This document shows positions 19,294 through 31,181 of a DNA stretch of 64,000 nt, piece after piece (the stretch's first letter is position 1; each line of letters opens with the position of its first letter). Source of the stretch: Gammaproteobacteria bacterium (GTDB lineage: Bacteria > Pseudomonadota > Gammaproteobacteria > UBA4575); the NCBI GenBank assembly GCA_965243395.1, contig CBDEUS010000002.1:1056001-1120000 (forward strand), given 5' to 3'. Both the position numbers and the translations under genes were made by a program. Under the pieces are notes generated by a model that was not told the origin of the DNA, made no database searches, and worked only from the letters and a program-made list of their open reading frames with translations.

Positions 19294-20517
19294 CTATATT
19301 GCCGTATAATGTTCTGCAACATAGTTTTGTAAAATAGATTTAAATTCTTCTGCAATGTTTTCACCTCTCAAAGTGGTGAATTTTTTTCCGTCGACATAAA
19401 CTGGCGCAATTGGAGCTTCTCCTGTGCCGGGCAAGCTTATTCCTATATTTGCATGTTTGCTCTCGCCTGGACCGTTTACAACGCATCCCATAACTGCGAC
19501 TTTCATATTTTCAACACCCGTAAATTGTTGTTTCCATAATTGCATTTCAGATTTTAAATATTCATCGATATCTGCAGCTAAATGTAGAAAATATTCACTG
19601 GTTGTTCGCCCACATCCAGGGCATGAAGTAACTTGTGGTGTAAATGAACGTAGCTCCATCATTTGTAGAATTTGCTGTGCAATGCGCACTTCCTGTGATC
19701 GATCCCCGCCGGGTTCGGGGGTCAGAGAAATACGAATCGTATCGCCGATGCCTTCTTGCAGTAATACCGATAAAGCTGCAGTAGAAGCTACGATACCTTT
19801 GCTGCCCATACCGGCTTCAGTGAGACCTAGATGTAATGCGTAATCACATTGTTTGGCTAAATCTCGATAAACGCGTATTAATGCCTGCACTTCGCTTAGT
19901 TTGCAGGAGAGTATAATCTTGTTGTGAGCCAGACCTAATTTTTCTGCAAGTGTAGCGCTTTCCAATGCAGATGCTATGAGTGCGTCATGCATCACCTCTT
20001 GTAAACTTTTTGGCTGTGAAGATGCGGAGTTTTCATCCAGCTTCTTAGCTAATAAATCTTGGTCCAGGCTGCCCCAATTGACGCCAATGCGTACAGGTTT
20101 ATTTTGTTTACATGCGATTTCGATAATTTCTGCAAATTGTTTGTCATGTAATTCACCGCGACCAACATTTCCAGGATTAATACGGTACTTATCGAGTAGT
20201 TGTGCACACTCCGTATACTTACTTAATAGTCTTCCGCCATTAAAATGAAAATCGCCAACAATTGGTACATTAATGTTTGTTTGTTGCAGTAGCTCATAAA
20301 TTTTTGGAACTGCCTGAGCAGCATCTTTATTGTTAACAGTAATGCGTACAATTTCAGATCCTGCATTGGCTAGCGCGGTAATTTGCGCTACCGTTTTGCT
20401 TACGTCAGCAGTATCAGTATTAGTCATGGACTGAACCACAATGGGCGCATGACCCCCTACGGTTACATTCCCAACTTGTACAGCAGTGCTATTACGACGA
20501 AAATTCATTGAGCTCAT
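19294..20517 (-). CDS. ispG: HMBPP synthase (flavodoxin)
   Basis: [36 protein letters not shown]. Confidence 0.97.
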   Translation of the reverse strand: MSSMNFRRNSTAVQVGNVTVGGHAPIVVQSMTNTDTADVSKTVAQITALANAGSEIVRITVNNKDAAQAVPKIYELLQQTNINVPIVGDFHFNGGRLLSKYTECAQLLDKYRINPGNVGRGELHDKQFAEIIEIACKQNKPVRIGVNWGSLDQDLLAKKLDENSASSQPKSLQEVMHDALIASALESATLAEKLGLAHNKIILSCKLSEVQALIRVYRDLAKQCDYALHLGLTEAGMGSKGIVASTAALSVLLQEGIGDTIRISLTPEPGGDRSQEVRIAQQILQMMELRSFTPQVTSCPGCGRTTSEYFLHLAADIDEYLKSEMQLWKQQFTGVENMKVAVMGCVVNGPGESKHANIGISLPGTGEAPIAPVYVDGKKFTTLRGENIAEEFKSILQNYVAEHYTAI

Positions 20518-20635
20518 AATTGAGATCTATATATATTTTATTTGAACTATGCAGAATAGTAACTCATTCAGATCATATTGCGGGTAGAATTAAGCTATTA
20601 GATCTACAAAAAAACCCTATATTTTTTAACCCATC

Positions 20636-21052
20636 ATGTTTTGGCAAGACACACTCACTCTGCAATCTTCTGGTCGTGGTACTTACGAGGTTACGCAAAA
20701 GATCGAAAATATGATCCGCGACTCAGGCATAAAACAGGGGCTTTGTCATTTATTTGTTCGACACACGAGTGCTTCGTTAATTATCAGCGAAAATGCAGAT
20801 CCTGCTGTGCATCGCGATTTAGAAACATTTATGTCAAAACTTAGTCCAGATGGAGATCCAATGTTTACACATTGTTCAGAAGGTGATGATGACATGCCTG
20901 CTCACGTACGTTCCGTACTAACTCAAACCGAGCTTAATATACCAATTACAAAAGGATCTTCTGGGCTAGGCACTTGGCAAGGAATTTATTTGTGGGAACA
21001 TCGAACATCACCTCACCAAAGGAAAATTATCGTTACAATTCACGGCCAATAA
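20636..21052 (+). CDS. yjbQ: YjbQ/UPF0047 family protein
   Basis: HTSASL...ENADP, DDMPAH, LGTWQGIYLWEHR. Confidence 0.9.
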   Translation: MFWQDTLTLQSSGRGTYEVTQKIENMIRDSGIKQGLCHLFVRHTSASLIISENADPAVHRDLETFMSKLSPDGDPMFTHCSEGDDDMPAHVRSVLTQTELNIPITKGSSGLGTWQGIYLWEHRTSPHQRKIIVTIHGQ

Positions 21053-21079
21053 GTCGTTACTCGCGTGTAACTAGCCTAT

Positions 21080-21787
21080 ATGAATACTTTTGCTGAAATT
21101 AAATGTGTTACTTTTGATTTGGATGACACGTTATGGCCTTGTGAGCCGACTATTATCAAGGCGGAAAAAGCTTTATATGAATGGTTAACAAAAAATTACT
21201 CAAAAATTTGTCAACAACTTTCATTTGAAGAAATTAAAGAGCATCGTGTTGATTTTGCCAATCGAAATATGCATCTAGCGCATGATGTGACAGCACTACG
21301 AAGAGAATCTTTGCTTGAATTAGCAAAAAAGTTTGAGTATCCAATTCATATGGCAGACGAAGGTTTAGCTTTGTTTAGAAAACATAGAAACCGTGTCAAT
21401 TTTTTCTCTGATGCATTATCTACGCTCAGTAAGCTCGCTGAACACTATAAGATAGGAGCGATTACAAATGGTAATGCAGACTTAGAATCAATAGGAGTTA
21501 AAGAATATTTTGATTTTATTGTGACTGCTCAAGAAGCAGGGGTGGCAAAACCGGATAAAAAAATTTTTGCTTATGCGCAAAATAAAACCAATCTAGCATG
21601 TAATCAGTTTATTTATGTAGGTGATCATCCTACGATTGATATGCTGGGCTGCATAAAAAGTGGTTGGAAATCACTATGGTTTAATCCTGAAAAAAATCCA
21701 TGGCCTGACGATGAAATACATCGAGAATTTCAGCCTGATGCTGAAATTCAAAAATTAAGTCAGTTGCCTGAATTATTAAAAATTTAA
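21080..21787 (+). CDS. HAD-superfamily hydrolase (YigB-like)
   Basis: FDLDDTLW, ITNGN, AKPD, YVGD. Confidence 0.9.
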   Translation: MNTFAEIKCVTFDLDDTLWPCEPTIIKAEKALYEWLTKNYSKICQQLSFEEIKEHRVDFANRNMHLAHDVTALRRESLLELAKKFEYPIHMADEGLALFRKHRNRVNFFSDALSTLSKLAEHYKIGAITNGNADLESIGVKEYFDFIVTAQEAGVAKPDKKIFAYAQNKTNLACNQFIYVGDHPTIDMLGCIKSGWKSLWFNPEKNPWPDDEIHREFQPDAEIQKLSQLPELLKI

Positions 21788-21813
21788 AATTTTGTAAAAA
21801 AAAGGAGTACAAA

Positions 21814-22149
21814 ATGTCTGAAATAATTCCAGATATGGAAGAAAGAGTAAGAAAATTAGAACGAATAATGTTTACCGTACGTGTGGCAATCATTGTCATC
21901 GTAGGATTTATGATGTACGACGCGCTATCACCAGATACAGGCTCAGATATTATTTTTGCAGATAAAATTAAGTCCAGAGCATTTGTGCTATTGGGCTCCG
22001 GGGATCAACCAGTGGGTTATTGGGATGATAAAAAAACTAATGGGTTTAAGATGTATTCCAAACAGGGCAATCACGTTTTGTTAAAACCTGAAGCGCTTAC
22101 TTTTTATGAAGATAAATTAAATCCTGAAGTTAAAGCGAAATATGATTAA
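21814..22149 (+). CDS. Hypothetical single-pass membrane protein
   Basis: AAGGAG SD; short coiled coil followed by a TM helix. Confidence 0.7.
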   Translation: MSEIIPDMEERVRKLERIMFTVRVAIIVIVGFMMYDALSPDTGSDIIFADKIKSRAFVLLGSGDQPVGYWDDKKTNGFKMYSKQGNHVLLKPEALTFYEDKLNPEVKAKYD

Positions 22150-22174
22150 AAATTTACATATGTCACAATTATTT

Positions 22175-23677
22175 TTATTCTATTTTTTCTCCATATTTCT
22201 TTTTATGTAGTTTTTTAGATTGGCTGACCCATTTGTCGCGGTTAATACGATCTGGGAAACTACCTAAAGTTTCAGCTAAAGTTTCAATATCGCCTTTGGT
22301 GAGTCGGCCAAGCTGCTCATAGGAGTACACGCCAAAGTCGTTTAGCTTGCCTTCCATTACAGGGCCAATCCCTTTTATAACTTGCAACTCATCTTTAACT
22401 TTTGCTGCCGCGATCTTTAAGCCTTTGGCAGGTGCTTTTAAACCTGTTGCTCGTTTGCTTGTTGTTTTTTTGACTTTTTTTGCGGCTTTTTTAACAGTTC
22501 GTTTGGGGCGTTGTGGCTGAGGAGCAGGACGCTTTATTTTACTTTTAAGTGCTTCAATGGTGTGTTCATGTTCACGCAACATGGATAGATCAAGTTTGGA
22601 GGACTGTAATTCACTTTCCAATTCAGACATTTTAGATTTGTATTCCTGAACCACGGTAGCGCTTGAAGCCTGCGCACGACTTTCAGCGGTACGTAATTGT
22701 TCACGTAAGTCATCAATAACCGCATCTTTTTCTTCACAAGTGTCTACGTATACGCGTTCTTTTTCACTTGCTTCAAGCTTAACTTCATTAATTTGTTTGT
22801 ATGTGCGGCCTAGTACAGTATTTTTAGAAGTTCCAAGTAGTCGCACTTTGTCCATGAAGCGATTAAATTTAGTATCTTGCCCTGGTTCTTCACCTTCTAG
22901 TGGTGTGAGCTGATCAATTCGATTTTGTAGCTTAACTAAAGTTTCCTGGTTGCGTGCATTTTGTTCGGCTAAGTCTTTTGCGCGAAGTTTTTGCAGCTCA
23001 TTCATTTCAGTTTGAGACTTATTCTGTAAATCATATAGTTGGGCTTTGGTTTCACTGACTTGTTTTTCGAGCTCAGGATTCATTAAAGAGCGGTCTTGTC
23101 TCCACTTCGTTTGAATTTGGCTGATCATGCCATATAGCCCTTTCAGGTCATTTTCAGATGAAGTGACTTTGTCATTTAGTCGATAAACTTTTCCAATCAT
23201 GTCATCAAGCCTATATTTAAAAGACTCTTGATCAGTAACACGATTATTTAAACGTTTTATTTTCTGGTTCGCATCGGAGTGTAAATCAGCATAGTGGCAC
23301 GCAAGACTTTCGAAATCATCGCGTTCACTAAGTGTTTGTTGATACATGCCCTGGACTTTCTTTAGCCAAGCTTGATGGATGGGTAATTGTTTAGCTTTTT
23401 CTAGAGAGGTTTGCCATCGTGAAGTCATCAACATTAAGTCACCACTTTGACGATCATATTGAGCTTGAATGTTGTTGCGCTGAGTTTTATAGCTAGCTGC
23501 TTGTTGTTTAGTTTCTTCTAATTCTCTTGATTGAATAGAAATTTTGTTTTCTAAATCTGTGCGTAATGCAATTAAATCACGGTTACATGTGTATCGGCGT
23601 ATAAACCACCCCACTGCTATACCTAGTGCTGTCGCCGCTAATAAATAGCCAAATAATTCAATTAATAAATAGCTCAT
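22175..23677 (-). CDS. Membrane-anchored coiled-coil protein with C-terminal helix-hairpin-helix (COG3743-like) domain
   Basis: N-terminal TM; about 350 aa of heptad-rich sequence; K/A-rich linker; DELQVIKGIGP...LNDFGVYSYEQL...RINRDKWVSQ. Confidence 0.8.
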   Translation of the reverse strand: MSYLLIELFGYLLAATALGIAVGWFIRRYTCNRDLIALRTDLENKISIQSRELEETKQQAASYKTQRNNIQAQYDRQSGDLMLMTSRWQTSLEKAKQLPIHQAWLKKVQGMYQQTLSERDDFESLACHYADLHSDANQKIKRLNNRVTDQESFKYRLDDMIGKVYRLNDKVTSSENDLKGLYGMISQIQTKWRQDRSLMNPELEKQVSETKAQLYDLQNKSQTEMNELQKLRAKDLAEQNARNQETLVKLQNRIDQLTPLEGEEPGQDTKFNRFMDKVRLLGTSKNTVLGRTYKQINEVKLEASEKERVYVDTCEEKDAVIDDLREQLRTAESRAQASSATVVQEYKSKMSELESELQSSKLDLSMLREHEHTIEALKSKIKRPAPQPQRPKRTVKKAAKKVKKTTSKRATGLKAPAKGLKIAAAKVKDELQVIKGIGPVMEGKLNDFGVYSYEQLGRLTKGDIETLAETLGSFPDRINRDKWVSQSKKLHKKKYGEKIE

Positions 23678-23730
23678 AGTTATGGTCTCTTATTTATTTC
23701 GGTTTTTATGTCTTAGATGTTTAAAGAATA

Positions 23731-24537
23731 TTATTGTATACGGGAAACCGCGAACTCTATGCGACGGTTTTGTGCTCGCCCCTCAACGGAATCATTAGAT
23801 GCAATCGGCAATGTTTCACCAAAACCCGATGCGGTTAAGCGTTCGGGTTGAATACCATTGTTGCTGAGATAATCTAATACGGACTGTGCACGTTGTTGGC
23901 TCAATTGCAAATTCAATTCATCGTCACCAGCATTATCAGTATGGCCTTCAACCGTAACATTAAACTCTTTATGTTCATTTAATACTCTGATTACATCATT
24001 AAGAATTAATTTACCTTTTTCTGTGATTTCATCACTACCAAATAAAAAAGTAATTCCTGACAGATCCAAGGTTTGTAGTAATTCCTCCACGACTTCTTCT
24101 TGGGCAGTCTCAATCTCAGCTTCGGGTGTCATAGCCACTTCAATTTCGGGCTCCGGTTCAAGTTCAGGGAGTGGCTCAAGCTTGGGTTTAATGACTACTT
24201 TGGGTTTTGTCATTCCGGGCTCTGCTCTTGCAACGACAAGCTGATTATCCACAGTTCTGATGCCTGGCATGGACGCAATAATTTGTTCAATTTCATCAGA
24301 ACGACTTTGGCTCGCGACAGCTCCTGTAAGAGTAGCATCACGACCATCTACGTTGACAATCGCGTTTCCAATTTGGTTTTCCTTTAAAAGTTGATTGCTT
24401 TTTAAATTCAAGTCGTTTTCTATGTACTCAGCTTTACTGTCTTGGGTAAACCAATACAGAGCTATAAATCCTATCAAGCCAAGAATGAGAGGAAGTAATA
24501 AGCCAAGAATAAAACTATTTGTACGTTGATCCGTCAT
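23731..24537 (-). CDS. TM-BON-OmpA-like peptidoglycan-binding protein
   Basis: N-terminal TM; BON (VDGRDATLTG...VDNQL); EP-rich linker; GHTDNAG...LSQQRA...NRRIEF. Confidence 0.88.
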   Translation of the reverse strand: MTDQRTNSFILGLLLPLILGLIGFIALYWFTQDSKAEYIENDLNLKSNQLLKENQIGNAIVNVDGRDATLTGAVASQSRSDEIEQIIASMPGIRTVDNQLVVARAEPGMTKPKVVIKPKLEPLPELEPEPEIEVAMTPEAEIETAQEEVVEELLQTLDLSGITFLFGSDEITEKGKLILNDVIRVLNEHKEFNVTVEGHTDNAGDDELNLQLSQQRAQSVLDYLSNNGIQPERLTASGFGETLPIASNDSVEGRAQNRRIEFAVSRIQ

Positions 24538-24778
24538 GGTTGGTATCTGTTATTTTTAGTTTTAATTTGTAGAGAAACTAATTTCTCGACTCAAGGTTAA
24601 GTATTGCTTGAACGTAGACAATTCGCAAACAAAATTATATGAATAACGTCCATTAGACGTTTAGATGTGAGGACTAAAAAGGTTTTTCCTTATAAAATTA
24701 AGGGAATTACAAAATGCCAATGAAAGCTTAAATTAAATATTTGCAGAGTAGTTATTTTGTTGGTTTAACTTAGCAGTT

Positions 24779-25240
24779 TCATACGGAAGTAAACTCATCG
24801 GGGATACGTTTATTCAGTTTTGTGATTAGGGCTATAAAATGTTTACTCTCAGTCCTTGTGAGATCAGAAAACATTTTACTGTATGCATGATCCATTAAAG
24901 CAATTCCAAGTTTGGCAATCTCTTCACCTCTCGGAGTAAGCTTGATGTCCACCACTCTTCGATCGAATTGATTATGTGTGCGCTCAATACAACCCCTGTC
25001 CTCAAGCTGATCTAAATATCGGCTTACGGTTGCGCGTTCTATCATCAGGTCATCTGCTAGCTTGGCTGGGGTGTAAACTACCTTGCTGGAAATAGCGTGA
25101 ATTAAGCGCCATTGGTTAAACTTAAGACCATGACTATTCAACTCTTTATTTAATTTTGCGCGTGCAAAAGCGTTAAGCTTATCTGCAAATGAGATAATCA
25201 CAGGAAATGACGAATGAGTATTACTGAATTTGTCATTCAT
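24779..25240 (-). CDS. MarR-family transcriptional regulator
   Basis: LA...ERATVSRYLDQLEDRG..ER...DRRVV...LTPRG. Confidence 0.9.
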   Translation of the reverse strand: MNDKFSNTHSSFPVIISFADKLNAFARAKLNKELNSHGLKFNQWRLIHAISSKVVYTPAKLADDLMIERATVSRYLDQLEDRGCIERTHNQFDRRVVDIKLTPRGEEIAKLGIALMDHAYSKMFSDLTRTESKHFIALITKLNKRIPDEFTSV

Positions 25241-25415
25241 ATATTTTGATCGACTAACAAAAATTAATCAGTTACTTATTTTTAGCATACTCTTTGCATA
25301 TAAAGTGTTGATAAAGCTTAAGATTACGATTGTTTACAGTTACAGGTGTTCATAATTAACATTTGTTAACTATTGCCGCCTGGAATGTGAGTGACTCTAC
25401 GTATCTGGAAAATAA

Positions 25416-25492
<77 letters not shown>

Positions 25493-25569
25493 AGGCCACA
25501 TCCACAAATCAAATAATAACTGGATTGGGATATGTAACTTATCATCTTTAGCTAATTGAAAGAAAAGGT

Positions 25570-25613
25570 GTCGCTACGCGACGATTTAATTTGCGTGGAA
25601 TACCCCCACGCAA
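25570..25613. repeat. Two hairpins in the tRNA spacer
   Basis: GTCGC-TAC-GCGAC and TTGCGTGG-N7-CCACGCAA. Confidence 0.55.
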
Positions 25614-25616
25614 GTG

Positions 25617-25703
25617 TGGTGCCGAGGGAGAGAATCGAACTCTCACTCTGTTTCCAGAACCGGATTTTGAATCCGGCGCGTCTACCAGTTCCGCCACCCC
25701 GGC
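25617..25703 (-). tRNA. tRNA-Leu(CAA)
   Basis: GCCGGGG acceptor, CCGGA-TT CAA AA-TCCGG anticodon arm, long variable arm, TTCGATT, CCA. Confidence 0.97.
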
Positions 25704-25797
25704 AAATATGTGTTCAAATCAATGTCTAGTGTAGCGCAAATTGCTAAGCTAGTAACAACTTGTCAAATAATTACAAAAGCATTTTTGAACACATTTT

Positions 25798-27946
<2,149 letters not shown>

Positions 27947-27980
27947 TACGCCGCTTCTTATTGAATCAGAACTCAACACT

Positions 27981-28307
27981 ATGTTTTTAATATCAGACGC
28001 AATGGCCGAAGGGGCAGCAGCTCAGGGAGGCGGTGGAATAGAATTATTTGTCATGATAGGTATTTTCTTTGCCATCATGTATTTCATGATAATTCGCCCG
28101 CAGTCAAAGCGTCAAAAAGAACATCAAAAACTCATAGGTTCACTTTCTAAAGGAGACGAGGTAGAAACTACGGGCGGTATGCTGGGGAAAATTATAAAAG
28201 TGGGTGATAACGCTCTACAAATAGAAATTTCCGAGGGTGTGATAATCAAATTACAAAAAAATTCAATTTCCAAAGTACTGCCGAAAGGCTCGCTTAAACA
28301 AGACTGA
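27981..28307 (+). CDS. yajC: Preprotein translocase subunit YajC
   Basis: YFMIIRPQ, GDEVETTGG; start moved to MFLISDAMA. Confidence 0.93.
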   Translation: MFLISDAMAEGAAAQGGGGIELFVMIGIFFAIMYFMIIRPQSKRQKEHQKLIGSLSKGDEVETTGGMLGKIIKVGDNALQIEISEGVIIKLQKNSISKVLPKGSLKQD

Positions 28308-28357
28308 AAACTTTCATTTCATTTACAGTAATCAATAGCAAGGCAAAATAAATTCTT

Positions 28358-30226
28358 ATGATTCCAATGAATCATTATCCATTGTGGAAGTATCTGCTGA
28401 TTTTATTCATTGTTGCAGGTGCTGCGTTATACGCTTTGCCAAATTTGTATCCGAATGTTCCAGCAGTACAAATTTCTCATGAATCAGGAGAATTAGCTGA
28501 CACAACTTTAGGTACCGTAAAAGAAGCGTTGAACAAAGAAAACCTTCAAATTCAAGGTGAGGAAGAACAAGATAATCGCATTTTGTTGCGATTCGAAAAC
28601 ACAGAGCAACAACTTCAAGCATCTGAAATCGCAAAAGATACTTTAGATGGTCAGCATGTAGTGGCATTAAATTTAGCGCCAGCTACACCAAAATGGCTAC
28701 GTGCACTCGGTGCGTCGCCTATGAATCTTGGTTTGGATCTGCGTGGGGGAGTTCATTTCTTACTGCAAGTCGATATGAAGGCAGCGAAAGAGAAAGCTTT
28801 GAACAACTATGTGTCTTCATTTCGTACCTCATTGCGGGAGGCTGACTTACGTCGTTTTTCAGTTTCACAAGATAAAGGTCAACTGAATATTAAGTTTCGT
28901 GATGCAGAAAGTGGTGCTGAAGGTTTGGCGACTTTGCAAAAAGAATATGCAAATGAATTAACTTTTGATGAAAACACTGACGGTGGTGAATATTTTATTA
29001 CCGGAAAAATTAGTGAAGATTCTTTGAGAGAAATACAAAGCTTAGCAATTCAACAAAACATTCAAACCTTACGTAATCGAGTTAATGAGTTAGGTGTTGC
29101 TGAACCAGTTATCCAGCAGCAAGGTGCTGAACGTATTGTGGTGCAGTTACCGGGTGTACAAGATACTGCACAAGCCAAAGAAATATTAGGTGCTACCGCA
29201 ACAGTCGAATTTAGACTTGTTGACGAGCAAAATGATCCTTTTGCAGCTGCAGACTCGGGTAGAGTTCCGGTAGGTTCTGTTCTTTATTATGAGCGCGATA
29301 GTAAAAATCCAATTTTGCTTAAGCGTAATGTCATGCTTACAGGTGACAGAATTATCAATGCGAACTCAGGCTTTGATGAAAATGGTAGGCCTGCGGCGAT
29401 TATTACCCTAGATGGACAGGGTGCGAGCCGATTTAGCAAAGTCACATCAGAGAATATTAAAAAACTTATGGCTGTTGTCTTTATTGATAATAAAACAGTT
29501 ATCGTCAATAAAGATGGTGAAAAAGTCAGGAAAACAATTAAATCAGAAGAAGTTATTAATGTTGCGCGCATTCAAGAACAGCTGAGTAAGCGTTTTCAAA
29601 TTGAAGGTTTAGATTCAACACATGAAGCGTTGAAACTATCTTTATTATTGCGTGCCGGCGCATTAGCGGCTCCCGTAGAGATTGTAGAAGAGCGAACAGT
29701 AGGCCCAAGTCTTGGACAGGAAAATATTCGTCTAGGCAAAAAGTCAATTTTAATTGGTTTAGTGCTGGTAATGATTTTTATGTTGCTCTACTACCGCATG
29801 TTTGGAATCGCGGCAAATGTTGCACTTGCGGCAAACTTGGTTTTGATTATTGGCATCATGTCACTTATTCCGGGAGCTACGCTTACACTCCCAGGTATAG
29901 CGGGAATTGTTCTAACAGTGGGTATGGCAGTAGATGCCAATGTGCTTATTTTTGAACGTATACGTGAAGAATTGAAAAATGGTAATTCACCTCAAGCGAG
30001 TATCCATGCCGGCTATGCCAAGGCACTGTCTACCATTGCCGATGCAAATATTACGACTTTAATTGCTGCAGTAGTGTTATTTATTTTTGGAACTGGACCT
30101 ATCAAAGGTTTTGCTGTGACGTTATCCATTGGAATCGTCTGTTCCATGTTTACTGCAATTATGGGTACGCGTGCTTTAGTGAACTTATATTATGGAAATA
30201 AGAAAACACCGTCGCTTGCGATTTAG
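28358..30226 (+). CDS. secD: Protein translocase subunit SecD
   Basis: LGLDLRGG, RVNELGVAEP, GMAVDANVLIFERIREE. Confidence 0.98.
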   Translation: MIPMNHYPLWKYLLILFIVAGAALYALPNLYPNVPAVQISHESGELADTTLGTVKEALNKENLQIQGEEEQDNRILLRFENTEQQLQASEIAKDTLDGQHVVALNLAPATPKWLRALGASPMNLGLDLRGGVHFLLQVDMKAAKEKALNNYVSSFRTSLREADLRRFSVSQDKGQLNIKFRDAESGAEGLATLQKEYANELTFDENTDGGEYFITGKISEDSLREIQSLAIQQNIQTLRNRVNELGVAEPVIQQQGAERIVVQLPGVQDTAQAKEILGATATVEFRLVDEQNDPFAAADSGRVPVGSVLYYERDSKNPILLKRNVMLTGDRIINANSGFDENGRPAAIITLDGQGASRFSKVTSENIKKLMAVVFIDNKTVIVNKDGEKVRKTIKSEEVINVARIQEQLSKRFQIEGLDSTHEALKLSLLLRAGALAAPVEIVEERTVGPSLGQENIRLGKKSILIGLVLVMIFMLLYYRMFGIAANVALAANLVLIIGIMSLIPGATLTLPGIAGIVLTVGMAVDANVLIFERIREELKNGNSPQASIHAGYAKALSTIADANITTLIAAVVLFIFGTGPIKGFAVTLSIGIVCSMFTAIMGTRALVNLYYGNKKTPSLAI

Positions 30227-30242
30227 TTAAATCAAAATAATT

Positions 30243-31181
30243 ATGCAACTATTAAAAGACAACTTAAAAATTGACTTTATGGGTAAGCGCAAGCTTGCTT
30301 TGATTTTGTCTTTAGTGTTGATCGTTGTTTCTCTTGCTGCTATTACTATGCGCGGGTTGAATCTAGGTATTGATTTTACAGGTGGTACATTAGTTGAAGT
30401 TGGTTATGAGGATTCTGTTGAGCTTGAACCGGTCAGGCAGGCCTTGTTTAGCAGTGGCTTTGATGATGCCATTGTGCAACATTTCGGTACTTCTAAAGAT
30501 GTACTGATTCGTTTGCCGGTAGCCGATCAAGACGAAGACAAAGCACAGTTAAGTAACAATGTATTAGATGCCCTTGCTTCAACCGGTGCACCACAAATGC
30601 GCCGAGTTGAGTTTGTTGGACCTCAAGTAGGGGATGAACTACGCGATAAAGGCGGCTTAGCCATGTTATACGCATTAGTCGGCATCTTGGTATATGTATG
30701 GTTGCGATTTGAAATCCGATTCTCAGCTGGATCCATTGCGGCTTTGGTGCATGATGTTATTTTAGTAGTAGGTTTTTTTGCTCTTACGCAAGTTGAGTTT
30801 GATTTAACCGTGCTGGCCGCATTATTAGCTGTAATTGGTTACTCATTGAATGACACCATAGTGGTGTTTGATCGCATAAGAGAAAATTTCAGACGTTTGC
30901 GAAAAGCAACTTCTAAGGAAGTAATAAATACTTCAATAAATCAAACCTTATCAAGAACGTTAATGACGTCTTTGACCACCTTATTGGTACTTTTTGCATT
31001 GTTTTTATTTGGTGGCGAAGTTATTCATGCGTTTTCAATCGCATTAATCGTAGGTGTAATTGTAGGAACTTACTCTTCTATTTATGTTGCGAGTTCTTCG
31101 TTACTCACGCTTAACGTAAGTAAAGAAGATTTAATGCAACCAGAAGTGGAATCGGCTAATGAGGACGGCAGTCAAGTTTAA
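30243..31181 (+). CDS. secF: Protein translocase subunit SecF
   Basis: GIDFTGG, GYSLNDTIVVFDRIREN. Confidence 0.98.
   Translation: MQLLKDNLKIDFMGKRKLALILSLVLIVVSLAAITMRGLNLGIDFTGGTLVEVGYEDSVELEPVRQALFSSGFDDAIVQHFGTSKDVLIRLPVADQDEDKAQLSNNVLDALASTGAPQMRRVEFVGPQVGDELRDKGGLAMLYALVGILVYVWLRFEIRFSAGSIAALVHDVILVVGFFALTQVEFDLTVLAALLAVIGYSLNDTIVVFDRIRENFRRLRKATSKEVINTSINQTLSRTLMTSLTTLLVLFALFLFGGEVIHAFSIALIVGVIVGTYSSIYVASSSLLTLNVSKEDLMQPEVESANEDGSQV

Noticed and set aside
19424-20248. Antisense ORFs opposite ispG, and similar ones opposite purA, dnaB, fadD, hscA and zipA
   Set aside because: Typical mirror-frame shadows of conserved genes, with no SD or motifs
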